The notes: generated by a model not told the origin, from the sequence alone. A DNA stretch of 64,000 bases from Victivallis sp. Marseille-Q1083 (GCF_903645315.1 NZ_CAHJXL010000001.1:3629339-3693338); one strand, 5' to 3'; positions 37,364 to 46,872 are shown, counted from the first letter of the stretch. Translations and numbers: made by a program.

Positions 37364-37548
37364 CGGTTTGGAATCCCTTCTGTAAAGTCGCCGCCGCTTA
37401 CTGTAGCACGGCAGGTAGCCGACGCCAAGCCGTCTGCCGAATTTACCGGGAAGATATTGGCAACGGGAATTGTAAAAAGACGGAAGCTACGGTATATTCC
37501 AACGCGATGTGAAACGTAAAATCAATCCAAGTCCGAGGATCGTGAGCG

Positions 37549-38196
37549 ATGGAAGAGGCGATTAAAAAGCTGCTGCACGGATTCCGGAGTTTTCGGGAGA
37601 ATTATTTTGCCGGAGACTCCGAATTATTTGAACAACTCAAACACGGACAGCGGCCGAAAGCCCTGGTGATCGCCTGTTCCGATTCGCGGGTGGACCCGGC
37701 GCTGCTGACCGCCTGCGATCCCGGCGATATTTTCGTCATCCGCAACATTGCCAACCTGGTTCCGCCGTATGAACCGGACAGCCGGCATCACGGGGTCAGC
37801 GCCGCCATCGAATATGCGGTAAATTGTCTGAAGGTGGAACATGTCATCATTCTCGGCCATTCCGACTGCGGCGGCATTCATGCCCTGATGGAACGGACCG
37901 CCGACCGGCCGGCCGGGGAATTTCTGGAAGCCTGGCTCGATCTGGCCGAACCGGCCAAGCAGGCGGTCTGCCGGCAGTTGCAGACTTCCTCGGACACGAC
38001 CCGGCACCGGGCTTGCGAAGAAGCGTCGCTGGTGCTGATGCTGGAAAATTTGCTCTCTTTTCCCTGGGTCAGGGAAAAAGTGGAACGCGGCCGGTTGAAG
38101 CTGCACGCCTGGTATTTCCATATCGCGACCGGCCGGCTTTTCGGCTTCGACCGCCAGAGCAATGAATTCCATGTGTTGACCGAGGCCGAGAATTGA
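37549..38196 (+). CDS. beta-class carbonic anhydrase
   Basis: CSDSR and HSDCGG zinc-ligand motifs. Confidence 0.9.
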   Translation: MEEAIKKLLHGFRSFRENYFAGDSELFEQLKHGQRPKALVIACSDSRVDPALLTACDPGDIFVIRNIANLVPPYEPDSRHHGVSAAIEYAVNCLKVEHVIILGHSDCGGIHALMERTADRPAGEFLEAWLDLAEPAKQAVCRQLQTSSDTTRHRACEEASLVLMLENLLSFPWVREKVERGRLKLHAWYFHIATGRLFGFDRQSNEFHVLTEAEN

Positions 38197-38241
38197 ATTT
38201 CCCGCCGGAGCGAGCCATCCGCTCCGGCGGAAGCCGGGCCG

Positions 38242-39243
38242 TCATAATTTGATCGTCAATTTGCCTTCCAGGAAATCGGCGATATTCTGCAGCGTGATTC
38301 GTCCGATGTTCGTCAACGCTTCCCGGGTGAAAAAGGCCTGATGGGAAGTGACCAGCACGTTCGGGAAGGTCAGCAGTCTGGCCAGAATGTCGTCGGCGAT
38401 GGCCGAGGCGGAAAGGTCTTCGTAAAAATAATCTCCTTCCTCCTCATAGACGTCCAACGCGGCACCGCCGATTTTGTGCTTTTTCAGACCGACGATCAGT
38501 GCCGCCGTGTCGATCAGTTTGCCGCGGCTGGTATTGATGATGTAAACGCCGGTTTTCATCTTGGCGATGCTGCGCCGGTTGATCATGTGCTGATTGTCCG
38601 GCGTCAACGGACAATGCAGGCTGATGACGTCGCTTCTGGCGTAAAGTTCATCAAGGCTGACGTAATCGTAATGCAGTTCGGCAGCGGCGGCCTGGTTCGG
38701 ATAGGGGTCGCTGGCCAGAATGTGGACCCCGAGCCCCTGCAGAATCTGAATGAAAGTCAGGCCGATTTTACCGGTGCCGATGACGCCGATGGTTTTGTCG
38801 AAGATATCGAAGCCGAGAAAGCCGTTGATCGAGAAGTTGTTGTCGCGCACCCGGTTGTAAGCGCGATGCAGCGAACGGTTCAGCGTCAGCAGCACGCCGA
38901 GCGTGTATTCCGCCACCGCCCGCGGCGAGTAGGCCGGAACCCGGGTGACGGTGATATCGTGCCGGTGGGCTGCCGCCAGATCGACGTTGTTGAAGCCGGC
39001 GCAGCGCATGGCGATCAATTTGGTTTTTTGTTTGGCAAGCTGTTCCAGCGTTGCCGCCCCCAGGTTGTCATTGACGAAAGCGCAGACGACCGGATAATCG
39101 TGCGCCATGCTGACCGAATCCGGATTCAGGCGCGGTTCGAAGAAATGGATATCGAAACCGAACGACTCGTTCTCCTGTTCGAAGAAACGCCGGTCATAAG
39201 GTTTGGTGTCGAAAAATGCAATCTTTATGTTGGAAAACTTCAT
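38242..39243 (-). CDS. ldhA: D-lactate dehydrogenase (D-isomer specific 2-hydroxyacid dehydrogenase family)
   Basis: GVIGTGKIG NAD-binding motif, catalytic R/E/H triad, 333 aa. Confidence 0.88.
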   Translation of the reverse strand: MKFSNIKIAFFDTKPYDRRFFEQENESFGFDIHFFEPRLNPDSVSMAHDYPVVCAFVNDNLGAATLEQLAKQKTKLIAMRCAGFNNVDLAAAHRHDITVTRVPAYSPRAVAEYTLGVLLTLNRSLHRAYNRVRDNNFSINGFLGFDIFDKTIGVIGTGKIGLTFIQILQGLGVHILASDPYPNQAAAAELHYDYVSLDELYARSDVISLHCPLTPDNQHMINRRSIAKMKTGVYIINTSRGKLIDTAALIVGLKKHKIGGAALDVYEEEGDYFYEDLSASAIADDILARLLTFPNVLVTSHQAFFTREALTNIGRITLQNIADFLEGKLTIKL

Positions 39244-39414
39244 CGCAATCCTCCTGTTTTTTCATTAACCTCTGTATGATAACTATACGTCTTTTTCGGA
39301 TAATTGCAACCGGAATCGGTTTGTCTCTTGCAATTTATTGAAAACGTGTTAAACTGTAGACGAAGCAGGAGTAGGTCGGTTGTTTTTGGAGCGCTGAAAA
39401 CAAGGAGGTGGAAA

Positions 39415-39672
39415 ATGTTGAACGTGTATGCCGCGAAGTGGTGTCCGCATTGCAGCCGGACGGTCGAATTCTTGAAAACGCATAAAATTCCGTACAAGTA
39501 TCACGAAATGGAGGAAGAGCCCGCATCGGTGATCTCCAAGGTTGTCGAAGTGAATGGCGGCGAAGACTGGGTGGTGCCGACGTTGGAATACAATGGTCAA
39601 TGGCGCCCCGGCCAGGTCTTTTCCGCCGAAAAGCTGGAACGGGATTTGCGGGCGATGGGAGTGATGGAATGA
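39415..39672 (+). CDS. glutaredoxin/NrdH-like thioredoxin-fold protein
   Basis: CPHC active site; 85 aa. ATG at 39415 with a strong GGAGGTG Shine-Dalgarno sequence; the track ORF start is an upstream alternative codon. Confidence 0.75.
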   Translation: MLNVYAAKWCPHCSRTVEFLKTHKIPYKYHEMEEEPASVISKVVEVNGGEDWVVPTLEYNGQWRPGQVFSAEKLERDLRAMGVME

Positions 39673-40064
39673 AACAAGCCGATCGGGCGGAGAACTGGAC
39701 CAAACTGGTTTTCCGCCAGGGCACGCTTTACCGTTTGCCGGAGAAAGAGCTTTTTGTCGTATTGATCAATCACAATCCGTTGAAAGAAGAGTCTCTGCTG
39801 TTCCGGTTGTCCCGGGAAGCGGTGGCGGGCGGTTGGCCGCTGAATACCGAACGGATTCCGGTACTCGGCGGCCGTTCTTATTATGTCGATTTGAATTCGG
39901 CCGGCGTCGTCACGCTGGATCAACTGATCGAAGTGCGCAAAGTTGGTTTATGGCAGGATTGCGGCGATCTGCCGTCGACGGAGACCGCCGGCATGCTCGG
40001 CTTGCTGCTGCGCAATCCGGCGCTGCCGGAGGAGTGGCGGCCGCTGTTGGAAGAGCTGGCTTGA
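39669..40064 (+). CDS. hypothetical protein
   Basis: 131 aa; ATGA overlap with the glutaredoxin stop; no family recognised. Confidence 0.5.
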   Translation: MKQADRAENWTKLVFRQGTLYRLPEKELFVVLINHNPLKEESLLFRLSREAVAGGWPLNTERIPVLGGRSYYVDLNSAGVVTLDQLIEVRKVGLWQDCGDLPSTETAGMLGLLLRNPALPEEWRPLLEELA

Positions 40065-40113
40065 GGCCGCCGAGTCGTTGGAGTATTTTTTCAGATTTTC
40101 AGGAGAGCGAAAG

Positions 40114-41967
40114 ATGCATTTGATCCCTGCGGTCGCCAGGCAGGCGACCCGTCCCGGAAGGTTGTTCGTCGGCAAATTGGAAACGATTAAATTGCCGGTG
40201 CCGCTGTCGGAGTCGCTGTTGATGCTGGCCGGCAGCCTGGCCGATGAGATGGCGGCGGCCGTCGGCAGCCGGCCCCGGATTGTGCCGGCCGATTGTCCGG
40301 TGCCGGGCGGTGCCGTCGAGATCGTCTACGACCCGGCGATGACCGGATTGGAACATTATACGCTGGAGGTTCAGGAGCAGGCGGTCGTCATCCGGTCGAA
40401 GACGGAACGGGGTTGTTTTTACGGGATGCAGACGCTGCGTCAGTTGATCCGCGGCGAGGGGGCGTTGCTGCCGTTGACCGCCATCGACGATGAACCCTGT
40501 TTTCCGAATCGCGGTTTTTATCACGACTGTACCCGCAGCAAAGTGCCGACTTTGGCGACGCTGATGGCGCTGGTCGACAAACTTGCCTATTACAAAATCA
40601 ATCAGCTTCAGCTTTATATCGAACATACTTTTGCCTTCGCCGGACATTCCGATATCTGGGCCGGTTGTGATCCGCTGACGGCGGAAGAAATTTTGCAGTT
40701 GGACCGCCATTGCCGGCTGCGCCAGGTCGAACTGGTGCCGTCTTTGAGCACATTCGGGCACTTTTACATGGTGCTGCGCAGCAAGCGCAAGGAGCATTTG
40801 AACGAATTGCCGGTCAACGCTTCGGAATTGCCATTTTCCTATCACGACCGCATGGCGCACTACACGCTGGACTGCCTGAATCCGGAGTCGTTGGAGCTGG
40901 TCCGGAAAATGCTGGCCGAATTCATCCCGCTGTTCAGTTCGCGTTATTTCAATATCTGCTGCGATGAAACCTTCGACCTCGGCAAAGGACGTAACCGGGC
41001 GGCGGCTGAAGCGGCCGGCGGCGCCGGGAAGCTTTATCTGGATTTTCTCAGGAAGGTGATCGATATTGTCGGCGGATATGGCAAGACGGCGATGTTCTGG
41101 GGCGATGTCATTCTGGAGACGCCGGAATTGATCAAAGCGTTGCCGCCGGGAACCATTGCGCTGGATTGGGATTACAGCATGGAGTCCCGGCGCAACGATA
41201 CCGGCCGTTTTCAGGCGGCCGAAGTGCCGTTCTATGTTTGTCCGGGCGTCAGCGGCTGGAACCAGTGCGTCGCCAATATCGTCGTGGCGTCGGCCAATAT
41301 CACCTCCTCGGCGGTCAAAGGAAAGAAATTCGGCGCCATCGGGCTGTTGAATACCGATTGGGGCGATCATGGACATATCAATCCGCTCGGCACCTCGTTC
41401 CATGGCCTCGCACATGGCGCCGCTGCCGGTTGGAATCCGGAAGCGGCGCTGGACTTTGCCGCATTCGACCGTGATTTTGAAGTTTTGGAACTGGGATTGC
41501 CGTCCGGCGGTTTCTGTGCGCTGTGGCGGGAATTTTTCAATATCGCACTCTGTTCGTGGTGGCATGTCCAGGTGCTGTTCGATCCGTCGCTCGGCATGGA
41601 TTCGGCGTTCGCCGGTGACGTTCGAAAGGCGACGGCGGGAAAATTACCGGCCGCAATCGCCGAACTGGAAAAATTGCTGGTCAAATTGACTGCGGCGTTA
41701 TCCGCCGCCGCGCCGTTGGACCCGCTGGAAAAAGCGGAGTTGCTGGTGGGATTTCAAGGACAGTTGCTGATGCATAAAATTATATTGGCGCTGCAGGAGC
41801 CGGCGGCCCAACCGCCGTGGCGGACGGCGGATGAATTGCGCAGATACGAACGGGATTTGAGTGATTTGTGGCATCGCCGCAACCGACCGGGCGAATATTT
41901 CCGTTTCCGCAGCGAGTTGCTGCAGATCGGGGACGCGCTGGATGCGCTGGGGCGTTCCGGCAATTGA
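40114..41967 (+). CDS. glycoside hydrolase family 20-like (beta-N-acetylhexosaminidase-like) protein
   Basis: (beta/alpha)8 region with RGFYHDCTRS, LQLYIEHTF and ICCDETFDLGKG (GH20 H-x-G-G-D-E-like catalytic motif). ATG at 40114 with an aggagag Shine-Dalgarno sequence. Confidence 0.7.
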   Translation: MHLIPAVARQATRPGRLFVGKLETIKLPVPLSESLLMLAGSLADEMAAAVGSRPRIVPADCPVPGGAVEIVYDPAMTGLEHYTLEVQEQAVVIRSKTERGCFYGMQTLRQLIRGEGALLPLTAIDDEPCFPNRGFYHDCTRSKVPTLATLMALVDKLAYYKINQLQLYIEHTFAFAGHSDIWAGCDPLTAEEILQLDRHCRLRQVELVPSLSTFGHFYMVLRSKRKEHLNELPVNASELPFSYHDRMAHYTLDCLNPESLELVRKMLAEFIPLFSSRYFNICCDETFDLGKGRNRAAAEAAGGAGKLYLDFLRKVIDIVGGYGKTAMFWGDVILETPELIKALPPGTIALDWDYSMESRRNDTGRFQAAEVPFYVCPGVSGWNQCVANIVVASANITSSAVKGKKFGAIGLLNTDWGDHGHINPLGTSFHGLAHGAAAGWNPEAALDFAAFDRDFEVLELGLPSGGFCALWREFFNIALCSWWHVQVLFDPSLGMDSAFAGDVRKATAGKLPAAIAELEKLLVKLTAALSAAAPLDPLEKAELLVGFQGQLLMHKIILALQEPAAQPPWRTADELRRYERDLSDLWHRRNRPGEYFRFRSELLQIGDALDALGRSGN

Positions 41968-42055
41968 ATAGGTTGATTGATTGAAAAATAACTGGAATGG
42001 CGGTATTTTATCATTCGCGAAATTCTTTTGACAATATTCGAAGGTTTGACAGAAA

Positions 42056-42973
42056 ATGATGGAGCGCACACAGCTTGTCGATAAGATCAACCGCTTGCGG
42101 AAGGAATGCAATGCGGTAATTCTGGCCCACAATTATGTTTTGGGGGAAGTGCAGGAAATTGCCGATTTCGTCGGTGATTCTCTGGAATTGTCGATCAAAG
42201 CGGCCGGGGTTACGGCCGGGGTGATCGTCTTTTGCGGGGTCAAATTCATGGCGGAGACGGCGAAAATTCTATCGCCGGAAAAAATGGTCCTTCATCCGGT
42301 TCCGCAAGCCGGCTGCCCGATGGCCGACATGGCCACGGCGGAACAGGTGCGGGCGCTGAAAAGGCGGCATCCGGATGCTGTGGTGGTATGTTATGTCAAC
42401 AGTACGGCTGAAGTCAAGGCAGAGGTGGATATTTGCTGTACTTCCGCCAACGCGGCTAAGATTGTCGCGGCGATTCCGGCCGACCGGGAAATTATTTTCA
42501 TGCCGGATTGCAACCTCGGCGCCAACATTGCCGCCGAATTGCGGCGGAAGCTGATCTTGTGGCCGGGCTGCTGTCCGGTGCATCAGCGGTTGACGCCGGA
42601 GATGGTCCGGCGGCGTCGGCGGGAATTTCCGAATGCCGCACTGTTCGTCCATCCGGAATGCGCGCCGGAGGTGGTGGCGCTGGCCGATGCGGCACTGTCC
42701 ACTGGCGGCATGCTGCGTTATGTCCGGGAGAGCGAAGCGAAGGAGTTTATCGTCGGGACGGAGCAGGGGATCATCTATCGCCTGGCCAGGGAAAATCCGG
42801 ACAAGACTTTTGTCGCGCTGTCCGAACAGGCGATTTGCCCGGATATGAAACTGACGACGTTGGAAGACGTGCTAGCCGCGCTGGAGAAGAAACAATATCA
42901 GGTCGATTTGCCGGCGGATATTCTGACCCGGGCCAGATTGCCGATCAGCCGGATGCTGGAAGCGTCCGTCTGA
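42056..42973 (+). CDS. nadA: quinolinate synthase A
   Basis: Full-length NadA; conserved Cys ligands. Confidence 0.92.
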   Translation: MMERTQLVDKINRLRKECNAVILAHNYVLGEVQEIADFVGDSLELSIKAAGVTAGVIVFCGVKFMAETAKILSPEKMVLHPVPQAGCPMADMATAEQVRALKRRHPDAVVVCYVNSTAEVKAEVDICCTSANAAKIVAAIPADREIIFMPDCNLGANIAAELRRKLILWPGCCPVHQRLTPEMVRRRRREFPNAALFVHPECAPEVVALADAALSTGGMLRYVRESEAKEFIVGTEQGIIYRLARENPDKTFVALSEQAICPDMKLTTLEDVLAALEKKQYQVDLPADILTRARLPISRMLEASV

Positions 42974-43004
42974 GCGCTTCCAGTGCTGCGGTAAAAATAA
43001 AAAA

Positions 43005-43037
43005 CTCCGATGAAAGCGCTTTCATCGGAGTTTTTTG
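43005..43037. terminator. bidirectional rho-independent terminator between nadA and rubredoxin
   Basis: Perfect 12-13 bp stem CTCCGATGAAAGC/GCTTTCATCGGAG with an A-tract before and T6 after. Confidence 0.7.
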
Positions 43038-43057
43038 CTGCACGGGAACCCGTTCGA

Positions 43058-43219
43058 TCAATCGACCGGCGAAAAATCGCTTTTGCCGGCGCCGCATTCC
43101 GGACAGACCCAGTCTTCCGGCAGGTCGGCGAAAGCCGTTCCGGCTTTGATGCCATTGTCGGGATCGCCGACGGCCGGATCGTACACGTAACCGCACACAT
43201 CACAGACATACTTTTGCAT
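43058..43219 (-). CDS. rd: rubredoxin (53 aa)
   Basis: Not in the ORF track. [15 protein letters not shown]...[17 protein letters not shown] Shine-Dalgarno sequence upstream. Last gene of the perR-sor-fprA operon. Confidence 0.85.
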   Translation of the reverse strand: MQKYVCDVCGYVYDPAVGDPDNGIKAGTAFADLPEDWVCPECGAGKSDFSPVD

Positions 43220-43237
43220 TTCTTAATCCTCCCCGGG

Positions 43238-44446
43238 TTAATGGTTGTTGCGAGCGACCAACCGGCCGCCCAATTGATTGCCGAATTCAAATGCCCGCGC
43301 CAGGTCTTCACCGGTCGGCACATATTTCACCGTCAGCGGCGCCAACGGCTGTTCAACGCCCATATTGGTCAATTCCTGGGCAATCTGTTTGGGGGCTTCG
43401 CCGCTCCAGCCGAACGAGCCGAATGCGCCGCCCAGCAGGTTCTGCGGCTTCAGACCGCGCATGTAAGTCAGCACGTCGGCGACGGTCGGGAAAACGTTGT
43501 TGTTCATCGTCGGGCTGCCGACGACGAGCAATCCGGCGTCCATCAGCCTGGTCATCACCGCGCTGCGGTCGCTGCTGGCCATGCAGATCTGCTCCACCTC
43601 GATTCCGGCCTGGCGGATGCCGTCGGTAATGGAGGCGGCCAATTTTTCGGTCGAATGCCACATCGTGTCGAAGATCACCACCGCCTTGCGTTTGCCCTCC
43701 TGCAGCGCGTATTGCCGGTACAGTTCCAGAATCCGGCCGATATCCCTGCGCCACAGCGGACCGTGGTCCGGAGCCAGCAGGCGGATATCCAGATTCAACC
43801 CCGGCAACTGGTTCAGCAGGTCCAGAATTTTGGGCGCCTGCAGCAACAGAATGTTGGCGAAATATTTCTTGGCTTCCGTTTCGATGATATACGACGGATA
43901 TTCATCGGCATAAAGCGGCGTCCCGGCCAGATGCATGCCGAAAGCATCCTGGGAAAAGAGAATCTTTTCGCCATCCAGGTAGCTGACCATACTGTCCGGC
44001 CAGTGCAGCATTTTGGTTTCGACAAAGCTTAGGTTGTTGCTGCCCAGGCTGATTTTGTCTCCGGTTTTGACCACCGTCAAATTCAACGCGTCGTGAAAAT
44101 GCCCCTTCAGGTCTTTTTCGCCCATCGGAGAAGCGAAGACTTTTTCCGGCTGAATGGCCTGGACGGCCGCCGGGAGCGAACCGGAATGATCCATTTCCGA
44201 ATGATTGGAAACGATATAGTCGATTTTTTTCGGATCGATGACGGAGCTGATACGCGCCATCAATTCACTGAAAAATGGCGCTTTCACCGTATCGATCAGG
44301 GTAACCTTCTCATCCAGCACCAAAAAGGCGTTGTAAGTAGTACCCCGCTGGGTGGCATAGCCGTGAAAATTCCGGATGTCCCAGTCGATCGCACCGACCC
44401 AATAGACTTTCTCGGTGATTTTCACCGCTTTCAAGTAATCGCTCAT
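43238..44446 (-). CDS. fprA: flavodiiron protein (rubredoxin:oxygen/NO oxidoreductase, FprA/ROO)
   Basis: Metallo-beta-lactamase-like diiron domain (HxExDH) plus C-terminal flavodoxin domain. Confidence 0.92.
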   Translation of the reverse strand: MSDYLKAVKITEKVYWVGAIDWDIRNFHGYATQRGTTYNAFLVLDEKVTLIDTVKAPFFSELMARISSVIDPKKIDYIVSNHSEMDHSGSLPAAVQAIQPEKVFASPMGEKDLKGHFHDALNLTVVKTGDKISLGSNNLSFVETKMLHWPDSMVSYLDGEKILFSQDAFGMHLAGTPLYADEYPSYIIETEAKKYFANILLLQAPKILDLLNQLPGLNLDIRLLAPDHGPLWRRDIGRILELYRQYALQEGKRKAVVIFDTMWHSTEKLAASITDGIRQAGIEVEQICMASSDRSAVMTRLMDAGLLVVGSPTMNNNVFPTVADVLTYMRGLKPQNLLGGAFGSFGWSGEAPKQIAQELTNMGVEQPLAPLTVKYVPTGEDLARAFEFGNQLGGRLVARNNH

Positions 44447-44471
44447 CTTCGCATTCTCCTAAATCGTTACC

Positions 44472-44852
44472 TCAGGCCTGCCACAATCCGTGCAGATTGC
44501 AGAATGCCCGCACTACGATATGCGCATGACGCGGCACATAAAATTCCGCTTCCGGCTGTTCGCCCGGCTTCAAATATTTCCGGTTGACGTAAGGCCCGTT
44601 GATCACTTCGATCCACTCGATGTAATGCTCCGGCGTCATCGGGTGCGGCACCGAACCGACTTTGACTTTGACGCCTTTTTCATCGCCCTCGACGACCGGG
44701 ACATGTTTTTCCTTGGCCGCATCGACGGTATTGGCGACGATCTCCTTCATCGGCTGGTCGCCGCATTTCAATTCCAGACATTCCCCGCCGGGGCCGTGCC
44801 CGACCACTTCAACGAGAACTCCGTGATCCGCGCTTTGATACATCTTGTTCAT
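44472..44852 (-). CDS. sor: superoxide reductase (desulfoferrodoxin-type, with Cys-poor N-terminal domain)
   Basis: Center II ligands (EKH, HPMTPEH, CNLHGLW). The N-terminal domain retains only 2 Cys. Confidence 0.85.
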   Translation of the reverse strand: MNKMYQSADHGVLVEVVGHGPGGECLELKCGDQPMKEIVANTVDAAKEKHVPVVEGDEKGVKVKVGSVPHPMTPEHYIEWIEVINGPYVNRKYLKPGEQPEAEFYVPRHAHIVVRAFCNLHGLWQA

Positions 44853-44862
44853 AGTCTTACTC

Positions 44863-44876
44863 CTTAATAAATTAAG
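44863..44876. promoter_or_regulatory. palindrome CTTAAT-N2-ATTAAG overlapping the sor ribosome-binding site
   Basis: 6-bp perfect inverted-repeat arms, 11 nt upstream of the sor ATG. Confidence 0.3.
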
Positions 44877-44908
44877 TTTAAACGACCTTTTGTCGCTGTC
44901 ACCTTTTT

Positions 44909-45298
44909 TTATTTCAGTTCAGCCTGACGACATTTGCGGCAGACGCCGAAAAATTCCAGATAAAAGCCACTGCAGCCGACTTTCGGCAGCACTTCCATCA
45001 GCGCCATGTCCACCTGCTGCAACGTCGCTTCATGCAGATCTACCACCGCATCGCATTTTTCACAACGCATGTGATGGTGAAAATGCACATTGCCGTCGAA
45101 ACGTTTCTGTTTTCCGGTCGTCGCCAGCTTCTGGATGACTCCCAATTGGGAGAGCTGTTCCAGATTGCGATAGACCGTCCCCAAACTGATTTGCGGCATT
45201 CGGCGGCGCAGCATGACGTAAAGCTCATCGGCCGTCGGATGAGTGTCGACACTGCGCAACTCCTCTAGAATTGCTTCGCGTTGGGCGGTTTTGTTCAT
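44909..45298 (-). CDS. perR: Fur family peroxide-responsive repressor (PerR-like)
   Basis: HHHMRCEKC and C-terminal CxxC; 129 aa from the ATG at 45298 (track start 45307 is GTG). AGGTGA Shine-Dalgarno sequence. Confidence 0.85.
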   Translation of the reverse strand: MNKTAQREAILEELRSVDTHPTADELYVMLRRRMPQISLGTVYRNLEQLSQLGVIQKLATTGKQKRFDGNVHFHHHMRCEKCDAVVDLHEATLQQVDMALMEVLPKVGCSGFYLEFFGVCRKCRQAELK

Positions 45299-45312
45299 AA
45301 AAGTCACCTGAA

Positions 45313-45329
45313 TTGATAATAATTACTAC
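45313..45329. promoter_or_regulatory. putative PerR box (TTGATAATAATTACTAC) at the perR operon promoter/5'UTR
   Basis: Fur/PerR-like AT-rich half-site array. Shares ATAATAATTA with the rd-gltS promoter at 6664-6683. Confidence 0.35.
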
Positions 45330-45522
45330 TCTCAATATAGAGTGATTTCCTCAAAAATCAAACCCGGAATAAAAAAATAAATCGCCCGTCCTTTTTTGCC
45401 GTCAACCAAAAGTTATCAAAAAACAACTGAGTGAAATTTGTCTTCTGCTCCGTCCGTGAATATATTAACTCCATTCAGCGGCGAATGCCAGTGAAAAATC
45501 AAAAAATATTGAAGGTACTTTT

Positions 45523-46467
45523 ATGATTTCGGAAAGTGAAGCCCTGGGAATTGAGAATGAGTTGGCTTCCGCCGATGCCGCGGTGCGTCGCAATGCGTTG
45601 TCGGAATTGAAAGAGTTGCTGGATATCAAAAAACTGATGCCGGCGGAACCCGGCCGCGACTGTTTTTTGAATTGTCGTCTTGCGCCGGACTCCGGAGCAC
45701 CGGCGGCGCATTCGCCGAGCCATCTGGCTTATTTGGCCAGGAAGAACGGCTGGGCGGTGACCGGGCTGCTGGATGAGGCAAAGGGGGCGGAAGAGTTTAT
45801 CGAGGCGGCCGTCTATCTGAATATCCGGGCCGCCATCGGTTTGAGCGGCTGCCTTGCCGGAGTGGAGGGGACCGGTCCGATGGTTTCATATTCGTGGCGG
45901 AAATCCGGACGGATCGAACAGCAGGCGCTGGGAATTCCGGTGAAGCGATTGCGTTTGTGCCTGCAGTTGTTGCAGGAGAAGTTGTCCATCAAGGAATTCA
46001 ACGATTTCTTCCGGCTCTGCGGCGCTTTGCCGGCAGCGGTCGGATTGACCTGCTGCCCGGACCGCGTTTGGCTGGACTGGCATCGGGACAACGGCACGGC
46101 GTTGCTGCACCTGATGCCGGAAGAGGTCGACTGGTGCGATCTGGAACTTTTATTGCAGGAAGCGGCCCGGCGCGGTTTACCGGTCGTCCTGGATTTGCCG
46201 CCTGGAAAACGGACGGAAGCGGCGGAGCAGTTGTCGGAGACGAGCCGGAAACGATGCTTTGAAGGCGCGCTGCTGGTTGCCGGACACAGTTTGCTCGCCA
46301 CCGTGGAAAAAGGGTATGCCGGCGACTGGGCGCAGCATGAATTGCCCGAGCTGGCGGAACGCAACCGTTTTTACAGCGATTTCGGCCGCCGGGTGCTGCC
46401 GAATGATTTTATTGCGCTGAAATTTTCTCCGGTGATGTCGCCGCAAGAAATATTCGCGCAACTTTGA
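45523..46467 (+). CDS. hypothetical protein, possibly a degenerate PHP-like domain
   Basis: 314 aa; weak PHP-like pattern (AVTGLLDE, GVEGTG) but the canonical HxH is replaced (NCR). Divergent from the perR operon. Confidence 0.5.
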   Translation: MISESEALGIENELASADAAVRRNALSELKELLDIKKLMPAEPGRDCFLNCRLAPDSGAPAAHSPSHLAYLARKNGWAVTGLLDEAKGAEEFIEAAVYLNIRAAIGLSGCLAGVEGTGPMVSYSWRKSGRIEQQALGIPVKRLRLCLQLLQEKLSIKEFNDFFRLCGALPAAVGLTCCPDRVWLDWHRDNGTALLHLMPEEVDWCDLELLLQEAARRGLPVVLDLPPGKRTEAAEQLSETSRKRCFEGALLVAGHSLLATVEKGYAGDWAQHELPELAERNRFYSDFGRRVLPNDFIALKFSPVMSPQEIFAQL

Positions 46468-46478
46468 CGGCCGGTGAC

Positions 46479-46506
46479 TTGACAATTTCCGGCCGGAGAA
46501 TATAGT
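46479..46506 (+). promoter_or_regulatory. sigma70-like promoter of rpsO (TTGACA-16-TATAGT)
   Basis: Consensus -35 and -10 boxes, followed by an 80-nt structured leader. Confidence 0.5.
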
Positions 46507-46592
46507 AATGGTTCAACGGTTCATGTGGTTGCGCGACGGATTGTCCAGTTGCGCCTGCTGCAGAACACGCAACCTACAAGGAAATAGGAAAG

Positions 46593-46859
46593 ATGGACAA
46601 AGCTGCCAAGACGGCAATCGTCACCAAGTATGCCCGGCAGGAAGGCGACACCGGTTCTCCGGAAGTACAGGTCGCGATCCTGACTCAGCGCATCAGCGAA
46701 CTGACCGAGCATTTGCGCAACAACAAGAAAGATCACAGCACCCGCCGCGGCCTGTTGGCCATGGTCAGCCGCCGCAAAAAGTTGCTGGCTTACCTGGCGC
46801 GTACCGATCATGACCGGTATTTGAGCTTGACTGACGAATTGGCGATCCGCCGCAAATAA
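46593..46859 (+). CDS. rpsO: 30S ribosomal protein S15
   Basis: 88 aa; full-length S15. Confidence 0.93.
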   Translation: MDKAAKTAIVTKYARQEGDTGSPEVQVAILTQRISELTEHLRNNKKDHSTRRGLLAMVSRRKKLLAYLARTDHDRYLSLTDELAIRRK

Positions 46860-46872
46860 CGGCGATTTCCAA

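Noticed and set aside
40099-41565. 488-aa minus-strand ORF
   Set aside because: Antisense to the GH20-like gene.
43010-44032. 340-aa plus-strand ORF
   Set aside because: Antisense to fprA and rubredoxin.
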